Below, in pieces: positions 11,713 to 23,700 of a stretch of DNA of 64,000 nt. The stretch is from Bispira polyomma (lineage: Eukaryota): positions 46,934,001-46,998,000 of the forward strand of contig OZ287752.1 in NCBI GenBank assembly GCA_965649765.1, read 5' to 3'. The notes beneath the pieces were generated by a model. That model worked only from the letters and a program-made list of their open reading frames with translations. It did not search any database and was not told the origin of the DNA. The translations under genes were made by a program, and so were the position numbers. Positions within the stretch are counted from its first letter, which is position 1; each line of letters begins with the position of its first letter.

Positions 11713-14700
11713 CTATGTTTCCCCAAATATGAAGCTATTAAGACGAGCTTCAGGTTTGACATGTATCAATTGTTTGTCCTGGTTTTTACTTTCGTTTGTC
11801 TGTTCCATTTGGTAGCCTTTTTCTGGTTCAGCATTTATTTTGTTTGCTTGGTTCTTCTTGTATGCACTGTGTATCCTTAGGCCACTGCTGACTATGATAC
11901 CAATCCACAATAATCCCTGTATAAATGATAATAAAATGGCATAAAACATATTACAGAGTCTGCAGGTTTGTAAGTAAAAAGTTGTGTTTCGCTGTTATTC
12001 TTAAAATGATAGTGTGGAAAGTGTTAGTTAATAGTACCTGTAGAGCAAGCAAGGCCACTGTGGTGGAGAAGCCTATTGTGTTATAGTTGTTTTCTCTGAG
12101 GTAGTTGTGAACGGCCTCCCAGCAACCCTATGTGACGATAGAAACTTTGGGCTACAAACGTCACCAATAAACTGACTAAACATCTGGCACATGTGTCAAA
12201 GATCATTGGGATATAAGGGAAGGTTTTTACTTGAGTTCGAAAGAAAAAAACCCAACAAAAAAACATCTTTGGACAAGACAGTGTACCTTTAATAGTATAC
12301 ATTACCTGGTTAAAGTTGCTATTGTTAGAATGCAGCGATGATTGTGATATGCACTTCTCCACATCTACATAGTCAGCTGTGTGAGGAAAATCACCAATAA
12401 ACTGCAACATATTAGGTATTATGGAGAATAGAATTTCGAACACAAAATCTCACTAGCCAGACATATCACAAGGTAGTGCAATCAAACTAGTGTCGTGCAT
12501 GCCACACATATCACAAGGTTGTACAATATAACAGTGTTTGACCTGTCGGACATATTACAAGGTAGTACAATATAACACTGTTTTACCTGTCAGACATATT
12601 ACAAGGTCGTACAATATAACAGTGTTTACGTGTCACAAATATCACAAGATAGTACAAATATAACAAACTTTTACTTGTTAGACATATCACAAGGTAGTAC
12701 AATATAACAGTGTCTGACCTGTCAGACGTATCACAAGGTAGTACAATATAACAGTGTTTTACCTGTCAGACATATCACAAGGTAGTACAATATAACAGTG
12801 TTTTACCTGTCAGACATATCACAAGTAGCTAACCATCGTTGTCTGTATATATAGCTTACCCTTATGCATGCATGTACTTTCAGGTGGCTGTCATCTTTTG
12901 TAAATAAAGTAAGGACAGTGTTGATCTTCATTTATGACAGCCACCAGGATCAAAATTTGTATCCAAAACAGCTGTGTAGATAGTAACTAACATTCTCAGC
13001 TTGAAAGATGCCTAGATTACAGTGCCCCGTTGAAAGATGTGCCGGGCAGTCCTAAGATCTGGCTGAAGCATTTGCAGGTGCCTTAACCGCCGCTCTCCAG
13101 ATGCATGATTGGACCGCGCATCCCACTGCTGCCTCTGTACCCCAATCTAAACCCAAGCTGGACCCACCAGCCATTACACCCAGCTGTGACCCACACCAGT
13201 GGTCGGCATTTAAGCGTCAATGGAATATGTACAAAGCTGGAATGGGCATAGCAGTGAACACGCTCTCAACTGCACTATTCTATTGTTGTGACCAAGACCT
13301 CCACAATAACATTCTTCGTAATGTCCATAGCGATGTACCTAACATAGTGGAGGAAGACCTCTTAAAGAGGTTGGCTAATCGCCATAAAGAGGTTGGCTGT
13401 GAAGGATGAGAGCATATTGGTACACCAGAAACTTAGCAAAATTACTCAGAGCTAGCCAAATGGCTGCCCTACCACAGCACGAAAGAAGAGCGATGACCAG
13501 GACAATGTCAATTTTGTGTTTGACCAATTATGGAGCATTAGGCCTACAGCGAACTGACTTGCTACCTGTGAAACTATTGATGCTTGGTGCTATCAGAGAG
13601 GACCTCGGAGTAGTTGGTGGAATCATGGTATCTGTCTCCTTTAGGAATACCTTAGGAACCATTAAAACCGCTAACTGATGTGTTATGTATTTTGAATTTG
13701 AATTTGGATATTTAACATCCACTCTAGTACCTTTTAGTAGGTTATATTGGGATGGGTAGTTGGAACTGCTGGAGGAAACACTGCATACAGTCGGTCAAGG
13801 TTCTGCAGAGAAACCAGCGGCCCATAGTAAGGAACTACCACCTTTCCCACATAGGCATTTGCGGGATTCGAACTCACGCTGCCCAGAGGTGAGAGACCAG
13901 TGATTGTGAAGTGCAAAGCTTACTAACCACTAGGCCACTGCGGCCCCCTCTGATGTGTTATGTATCTGACACCATGGAAAAGGCCTTTTTGTGCAGGGAA
14001 AGCTTAGTTGACCTAGGTGTGCTCCCCCCGAACTTCCCTAAAGCCTCCTTACCTTCCCATGTACCTTCCCAAGATAACCCGCCCCCACTGTCTGTAGCTT
14101 TACCTCCTGGATTAGAGGCCACAGAGAAAAACAGAGATGCACTGAAAGAATGGCTGATGGATTATTATGGATCTACCACATTCAACACCTGCGAATACCA
14201 ACCTTTGCCCCTCATGAAATGTGAGCCCCTGGAGCTCCATGTTGACCCAGATACAGCCCCCGTGGCTGTGCATAAGCCCGCCCTTGTACCAATCCATTGG
14301 ATAGACTTTACGCTGACTTGGAGAGAGATGTGCGCATTGGTGTCTTGGAACGTGTTAATCAGAATACTCCCACAACTTGGTGTTCTAGGATGGTAGTCAC
14401 TGGTAAAGCTGATGGAACCCCAAGGCGCACCGTCGATCTTCAACCGTAAAACCGTCATTTTGTACGCCAAACTCATCATGTGCCCACCCTGTTTCACTTG
14501 GCAAATAGTGTTCCACAAGGTGTACAAAAGACTGTAACAGATGCTTGGAATGGATACCACTATGTGAGGCAGATTGCCACTTTACTACTTCCATAACACC
14601 ATGGGGGCGGTATAGGTATAAAGCTGCATCACAGGGCAAGTGTGGATGCTTATAACCAGCGATTTAACTTTATCATTTAAAATTTTAGGAACAAGGTTAA

Positions 14701-17700
14701 ATGCGTTGATGACACTTGCATGTGGTCTTGCATGTGGTCTTTTTCAATTGAAGGTGCCTTTTTCCAAGCTTCTGACTGGCTCAATCTTTGCGCACGAAAC
14801 GGCATCACACTTAACCCAAAGAAATTTCAATTTGCACAGGATAAGGTCGAATTTGCTGGGCTCTCAATCACTCCAACAAGTATCCAACCAAGTGAAAATT
14901 TCCTGACCTCCATCAGACGCTTCCCCACACCGAATGACATCACGGGAGCAAGGGCATGGTTCGGTCTTGTCAATCAGTGGGCATATGCTTTCTCAATGGC
15001 ACGACAAATGCAGCCATTCTGCCAGCTTTTAAAGCCGTCGACACCATTTGTCTGGACAAGGGAGTTAGAGTTACTTTTTCAACATTCCAAGGAAGTGATA
15101 ATTCATGAATGAAAGAATGTGTTCGCTTGTTTGACCTGAAACGCTCCACTTGCCTTGCCACTGACTGGTCAGTTGATGGAATTGGTTTTTTCCTGATGCA
15201 GAAATGCTGTGATTATTCACTCAAGGCACCAGACTGTTGCCGGAATGGATGGAAATTGTGCCTGGTTGGCAGTAGGTTCACACAGTCTGCAGAAAGCAGA
15301 TATGCCCGAATTGAAGGGGAAGCGCTGGCTATTGTGTACTCTCTGCATCAGACCCGCTATTATGTCCTAGGGTGCCACGTCTTGATCGTAGCTAGACCAC
15401 AAACCATTACATAATCGCCGACTTCTGAACCTGGAGGGAAAGACCCTAGCATACCACTTCACTATTGTACATGTGCCAGGTAAAAAGAACCTAAGGCCTG
15501 ACACAGCATTGAGACATCCTGCTGAGGATACATCTTGTGACATTCCCCACCATGAGCCATATGGACATGAAAGAGATACAGGCACGGCTGCCTCTCTCAG
15601 GGACACTCTTGCACGCCTCTATCAACATGAGACTGACATAGACCTATCCAATGACATAGCTATCACAGCTTCAGCATCTGCATTATTAAGATCTACCAGC
15701 AGTGTTGTTACTTAGGATATGGTGCATGAATCCACAGCATCCGACAGGACCTTGTAACACTGAGTCACTAAATGAACACAGTATTCCCAGTTGACAGCAG
15801 AGAAATGGGAATAGAGCTCAGACCATGCCACCAATATGCCTCCAGCCTTTGCTTGGTCGACAGGGTTATACTATTGAGCCAAAGGATAGTTGTCCCCACA
15901 GATTTATGCCCTTTAATCCTCAAGGCGCTGCACGCCGCCTATCCGGGAGTCAGTGCTATGTGTGTTAGGACCATGGATTCTGTTTATTGGCCAAACATCA
16001 CAATTGACATCACAAGGATAAGAGATCTGTGCGCCCATTGCCACTGAATGGCCAAATCCAATCCTATGCAGCCTCTAGGCGACATTAAACCTTCTGAATA
16101 CCCATTCCAAATGATCTGCTCTGACTATCTTACATACAATGGCAAGGATTATGTGGTAATTGTTGACAGATACTCCAATTGGCCATCTGTGTACTGTGCA
16201 GAATCTGGCACTGAGGGCTTAATTAAACGATTGCGTGAGACATTTGTGACCTATGTTATCCCCGAAAAACTTACGTCAGACGGTGGACCTCAATTCAAAG
16301 CTCATGAAACACAAGAATTTCTTCAGGATTAGGGAGTCAAACATAGGATATCGTCTGTGGCAAACCCTCATGCAACTTGCAGGGCAGGGTTAGCAGTAAA
16401 AACTGTCAAACGCATGCTTGTGGACAATATCTCGCCTAGTGGATCACTCGGCGACGATACTTTTCAGAGAGCCATGTTGATGTATAGAAATTCCATTTAT
16501 TCAGAAACTCGATCAACTCATGCTTTGGTAATATTTGGCAGACCAATACTTGATGCCATACCAATCCCCATGGGCAGGTATACCCCTCATGGAACATGGT
16601 CTGAACTGATGTCCCACCATGAAAGAGCCTTGGCAAAGCGTCACTCAAGGGAGCAGGAACTATGGAGTGAGCACACCCGTCACCTGCCACCCCTGAAAGC
16701 TGGTGACCATGTGTACCTACAGAACCTTGTAGGGAACCATCCCAAAAGGTGGGAGCGCACAGGGACTATCGTTGAAGTCCGACAGTACCATCAGTGCATA
16801 TAGATAGATCTGGCAGGGTGACCATCCGCAATAGACAGCACCTTCGCAAATTCATCCCATTTATCGATGCTAACAAAGTTGCTGACATGCTCAGGCCTCC
16901 ACAGAGCACCACAGAGAAACACAAGTCAAGTCTAGTTGCACCTATGGACCCCTCACCGGTACTATCAAGTCCAAATAGACCGCCAGTCACACCTGCCAGC
17001 CCATACACCCTCTCCGATGGTACTCCAGATGCATATTACAATGACCATAACTCACACGATACCAATCCTCCAACGAATGCCCCCACCTTGTCTACCCCTC
17101 CTCCATATCCCAATTCTAAGGTACCACCCCACAGAAAACCCCAACAGACAGCACTACCTCGTGCGCTGGCTCGCCTCAAGCCCCACAATACACCTGGCAC
17201 CCAGGAACTCATGTTGCCATTGAGAGAGAACAGACGCACAGCCGAACATGCAGGATCGAGCTTGACATATGACTGTCCCAGACACTAATTAGAGTTTTAA
17301 GTTTTTGTTACATACCTGTAAAAAAATACCTGTAAAAACTTCTACCTGGGGGAGAGCTTACCATCGTTGTCTGTATATATAGCTTACCCTTATGCATGCA
17401 TGTACTTTCAGGTGGCTGTCATCCTTTTCCAAACACCACCCATATCATTTTAAGAGGGGGGGTGAGAGTTCAAATACAAGTTAATGTTAAGGACGTTAAA
17501 CTTCATGAGGTAGAAAACTGACTGATACGTTATTATCAGTAATTTGTGTTCATCTGAAAGACAGTTTTATGTAATACCGAAGTTATGTTGGTTTATCTCT
17601 CACTGTGTAATCTTCCAGTGTTGTACTCTTGTCTCTGTTGTAATCATGTTGTAGACTATGATATAATGCCATGCTTATATATGTACGTTGTTTTGGAAAA

Positions 17701-20700
17701 GTGTTTCATCCTTTGTAAATAAAGTTAGGACAGTGTTGATTTAACAAGGTAGTACAATATAACACTGATTTACTTGCCAGACATATCACAAGGTTGTACA
17801 ATATAACAGTGTTTTACCTGTCAGACATATCACAAGGTAGTACAATATAACAGTGTTTTACCTGTCAGACATATCACAAGGTGGTACAATGTAACAGTGT
17901 CTTACCTGTCAGACATATCACAAGGTCGTACAATATAACCGTGTTTTACCTGTCAGACATATCACAAGGTGGTACAATATAACCGTGTTTTACCTGTCAG
18001 ACATATCACAAGGTATTACAATATAACAGTGTTTTACCTGTCAGACATATCACAAGGTAGTACAATATACCAGGGTCTGACCTGTCAGACATATTACAAG
18101 GTAGTACAATATACCAGTGTCTTATCTGTCAGACATATCACAAGGTGGTACAATATAACAGTGTCTTACCTGTCAGACATATCACAAGGTCGTACAATAT
18201 ATTAGTGTCTTATCTGTCAGACATATCACAAAGTAGTACAATATAACAGTGTTTTACCTGTCAGACATATCACAAGGTAATACAATATAATCGTGTTTTA
18301 CCTGTCGGACATATCACAAGGTAGTACAATATAACAGTGTTTTACCTGTCAGACATATCACAAGGTAGTACAATATAACAGTGTTTTACCTGTCAGATAT
18401 ATCACAAGGTAGTACAATATAACAGTGTTTTACCTGTCAGACATATCACAAGGTAGTACAATATACAGTGTCTTACCTGTCAGACATATCACAAGGTAGT
18501 ACAATATAACAGTGTCTTACCTGTCGAACATATTACAAGGCAATACAATATAACCGTGTTTTACCTGTCAGACATATCACAAGGTAGTACAATATAACAG
18601 TGTTTTACCTGTCAGACATATCACAAGGTAGTACAATATAACAGTGTTTTACCTGTCAGACATATCACAAGGTAGTACAATATAACAGTGTTTTACCTGT
18701 CAGACATATCACAAGGTAGTACAATATACCAGGGTCTGACCTGTCAGACATATTACAAGGTAGTACAATATACCAGTGTCTTATCTGTCAGACATATCAC
18801 AAGGTGGTACAATATAACAGTGTCTTACCTGTCAGACATATCACAAGGTCGTACAATATATTAGTGTCTTATCTGTCAGACATATCACAAAGTAGTACAA
18901 TATAACAGTGTTTTACCTGTCAGACATATCACAAGGTAATACAATATAATCGTGTTTTACCTGTCGGACATATCACAAGGTAGTACAATATAACAGTGTT
19001 TTACCTGTCAGACATATCACAAGGTAGTACAATATAACAGTGTTTTACCTGTCAGATATATCACAAGGTAGTACAATATAACAGTGTTTTACCTGTCAGA
19101 CATATCACAAGGTAGTACAATATACAGTGTCTTACCTGTCAGACATATCACAAGGTAGTACAATATAACAGTGTCTTACCTGTCGGACATATTACAAGGT
19201 AATACAATATAACCGTGTTTTACCTGTCAGACATATCACAAGGTAGTACAATATAACAGTGTTTTACCTGTCAGACATATCACAAGGTAGTACAATATAA
19301 CAGTGTTTTACCTGTCAGACATATCACAAGGTAGTACAATATAACAGTGTTTTACCTGTCAGACATATCACAAGGTAGTACAATATAACAGTGTTTTACC
19401 TGTCAGGCATATCACAAGGTAGTACAATATAACAGTGTTTTACTTGTGAGACTAATCACACTGTAGTACCATAAAACAATGTCCTACCTTGCAGCAAGCC
19501 AGTGGCGTGGCTAATGATACAATTGCCTGAACTCCATCTTCTAGTCTCGTGTAATTTCTTACCCACTTGGTTGCATATTGAAAATCTTCATATCCCTGTA
19601 GACCGCAGCATTCCAGCTACAAATAAAACCAAACTGTTGTATACTATTCAGAATAGTAATAACAAGTAACTTGTCGTTGTAAGAACTCAGGGTGGTGAAA
19701 ACTACCATTGCACAAAGATAATAAATACATAGTGAAATGGGGCTTAGGAATTGGAATAAACTGTAATATATTCTATTCATGTACGTCAAGAACTATTAAT
19801 ATCTTATCAGGGACAATGTATTTCTAAAGTATAAACATGAATTGACCAATGAAATGTTCACACCATGTTCACACAGGCAATGGGTGGAGATAAAGGGTAT
19901 TTAGCTTTGGCAGTTTGGGATCCGTATTGTATAAAAAGTACATGGATCAAGTAACATACAAAAGCCAATCAGGAGCTTATTCATTTAGAGCTAAATAATA
20001 AAAGTGACATTTCTCAAATGTTTTTACCCATATTTGGTTTTATTCAGAAGGTTACAACATGCATAATGTCATTAACAACAATAGGTAAATGTTGGCATTT
20101 TAAACTACAAATTAAATAGCTACCAATGTGCACATTATACCATGATAAAATACGGTCCTGGATTGTGGTTAATATCTATATCTAATAAGGACAGTTATTA
20201 TTAAATTGTGATTTTCTTTTTGGTCGTAGGTGCTTGAGCCTCTATTCACTATAGAATTTTGTTCAAAATTGATATTACCACATTCAAGGCTGTAGTCACT
20301 CAACAGCCCTCCTACCTCTTCCCTTTCTCTTTCAGTAACCTCCACAGAGGCAATATACTCTCTGTTTCTCCTATGAGGCCCACTAGGAAGGTGGGATCCA
20401 GAGTTTTCTCCATTGCAGCTCCCTTATTATGTCTACCAGTCGACCTCGGATACACTTAATGGTTTTAGGAAAAAGCTTAAAACCTATATGTTTAACCTTG
20501 CCTACCCACCCTAGTTCTCTCCTGTACATACCCACATCTTTCCTTACGACCTTGCTATTTCCATGGACTACACGATTGAATCACTGATTTTGCTGTTGCA
20601 CTTTAGAAGATGCCTAGCATAAATAAAGCTTGTTAAAATGTATAACAATAATATTACTTGTTACTAGCTCTCTGGATCTGACAGACATTGGTAGTTAATT

Positions 20701-23700
20701 GCTCGTTTATGGGTTCATTTACCTGTAAGAAGGGACCAATGGTGACAAATGTATGGAAGAATCCTGCTAATTGCTATATTCAGCATCTATTGGTATAGGA
20801 TGACAGAAGGAGGGAGGGATTTTTGTTATAAGTTTTACATTTCAGCTTCTGTGAACATTACCAACTGTTTATTGGGTAAGTACATATCAGTACATAAGTT
20901 TAGAGTCATACAGTATTGTGGTAATGCAAACCAAACTAGATGTATATCTGTTACCTCTAACATGATGAAGTTCCATGCCACAGATATGTCATATTTTCCT
21001 TCTGCTCCAAAATATTCATCTGCCAATGTGTCATTTAATTTGTCTTTCATTGCAGGTGTAAACTAAAATAAAGGCAGAGTAGCTGCTATAGTGTTTATAG
21101 TTACTACAATATACTCCTGCATTGATACTGATGATATTGTGTTGCTGTGCTTTCGACATGTCTAACTGTTGACAGATAATTTCTTTGGTGTATTACCACC
21201 CCTAACATACACAAATATTTCAGTACCACAAAAGATACTCATAGCTTAATTTGTTGGATCGAGTATGTACCTATTGTATAAAAGAAGTTTTAGATGAATA
21301 TTTTAGAATTTATGCATCTGGTTAAGTAGATGTAGTTAGCAGTTTACAATAGTTGCTAAAATCTGGATTACAACGCCTTCATGTTAATATGCCTTCAATC
21401 GTGGTCAAATTCGGTATATACATGGCTTGTCATGGGTTATTACTTAAACATGGTGGTTTACAAAAATAATTACCAATATAGAGAACAACATATACATTGT
21501 TCAAAGACTGTGCAAGAAATTAGCCAAGTCTAACTGAGAATAAGTCAGTTAATATTACAAACACCTTGATACAATTGAGCACAAGGCTACATTACCTGTC
21601 CAGCCAAAAACAGTACACACAGGACTATTTCTGACAACACCAGAACTGATATGATGAGTACATTCTGGAAGGAGAAAATCATTACATTTAGGAATATTGT
21701 AGTATAATGTCAGAAATGTTATCTCATGCAGTCCTGTAATTCCCATATTTATTACACAAAGAAGTGCCATATTTTTTTGATCATACATCATCATGTGACT
21801 TAACTGATATATACTCAATCATATTCTCAACTGTCTTTCTTTGTAAAGGGGTCGGTTATTGTCTGAATTTTTATGTTTTAAAAATTTAAAATGTTCTGTA
21901 GGGCTTGCTATTTTTCGAATTTTGGAACATGGTAATTCTTCTAGGATAGTCCTTTGTTTGGAAATTTTGAGACAGCCCTAACAGTCTGAATTTTGAGACA
22001 CATGAATTTGTGGGACAAACCTTGACATTATGCATTGTTTACTTGTTCGACAATAGATACCCATGCCTATACTTCAGCTTTACCCCTTTGGACAAAAAAC
22101 TACATAGTTGTTTCTAAACCTAGTCCTTGTTGGATGTACAATGTTGTGTTTGGCTACTCCTTCAATGAAGCTTTCTATCTTGTTAATAAGATTGTTAAGT
22201 AAACAAAAATTGGTACCGGAAAAAATTGGTAAAAGACTAAAACTATAATAGATATTTGTTGTAGACATTTGATAGAATAAAGGTTTCTATGAAAGTTTCT
22301 GTTATTGTTAAGAGGTAAAACATAAAGAACATCTTCTTAATGTACAATATAGCATTCTAAAGACGAAATGAAACATTATAATTTGTATTCTATTACATCA
22401 GCTATGGCGAAATAACCAATATATCTGGCTAGCTAGTAGTGAAGCTTGAATGAAGTTGCACTCTGGCAACCTTTGGTTTATTGGAATATTTGAGTTGCTA
22501 GCTTGGTAGACCTTACAACAATTGCGACCTGACTTGAAACATAATTGACTAGTACACAAGTTGTTACTGGCCAGAAAGTAGAGGCTGACTGCTAACTGCT
22601 ACTTACCACGACCAGAGCCAGGGTGGTGTCCTCATCACAGCAGTTCACAAAGCCCAGCAGAGTGAGGAGCACTAGTGCTGAACCCAGACAGAGTATAATC
22701 ACTGCGGGCTCACGGGCTACAGCTAAAGTCACATATCCAAACAGCTACAAATATCTTTAAATATCTTATTATAATAACGACCATTATCTCTTACACATAC
22801 ATAATTATTTATTGAAATAGTGTCTTTTTAAAATAATTATGCACAGCTTGTACGTATACATACAATTGGCCTGGGTTGTTCCAAGTTATTCTATCTGCTG
22901 AGGCTGCAAGTCAAGTTAATTATACTACAAACTAGTAAAGTAAAATATAGTAGGAAAGCTAAATCAAAATATGTAAAAGAGAGAATACTTGAACAATACA
23001 AAAATCAAGAGTATTTGTGTACTGGCTAAAGTACTCACTGGACATATCCAAAGAGATGTTCGATATTTCCTCATCAGTCCATCCATTAGATCCTGTAATA
23101 TTGGCCAAAATAGTCAAGTTGGGAATGAATAACAATGCATTTTGCTCCTGAAATGTTAAAAAAACACCCTTGGATAGCACAAAATTCCTAATTTCCTTAT
23201 AAAAGAACATTATGCACAGGGTTAATCGCTAGTATAGTCAAGGCACATAATGGGGTGTGTGAGGTAAGTGTGGGTATGTTCTGAGAAAACCTCTAAGAAA
23301 GATAAGCCTCGCTCAAAAGGACCAATCTTCTTTTCAATAATGCTTTGAGAGTGAGAGCCTATTTTTCCAGTCAAGTGATTGTGTGATGTTGGGTAAATTG
23401 GCTGGTCAAGACCAATAGCCTTAAAAAAGGAAGATTTAGTTTGAAGATGGCATGATACTGAATAGGAATCCAGTGTAGATCTTTGAGAAGAGGGTAATAA
23501 GCCATTGGGAACCAATAAACAATGGGACCGAGGCAATTTTGAACAATCTGGAGTTTTTAAGGCTTGGTATTAGTGACATCATATAAGAGGGAGTAACAGT
23601 ATTTCAGGCGACTACTGACAAGTGCTTTATTCACAATGCAGTTTCCAACTGAAAATGGCAAACAGTTTTAAATCATTTATATAGTAGTATTAGGATCAGT

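Noticed and set aside
13855-13949. tRNA gene
   Set aside because: A and B boxes are present but spacing is extended and I could not form a cloverleaf. TSD and tail identify it as a SINE head.
17969-18205. ORF within the satellite
   Set aside because: Chance open frame in the 44-bp repeat.
12457-19490. Regular repeats as a CRISPR array
   Set aside because: Units are contiguous with no unique spacers, there are no cas genes, and the context is a eukaryotic intron. The same applies to the 34-, 68- and 31-bp arrays.
22723-22744. Longer tetraspanin A exon 4 using the upstream tttgtag acceptor
   Set aside because: It is phase 0, whereas the preceding exon ends in phase 1. The 22722 acceptor matches paralog B.
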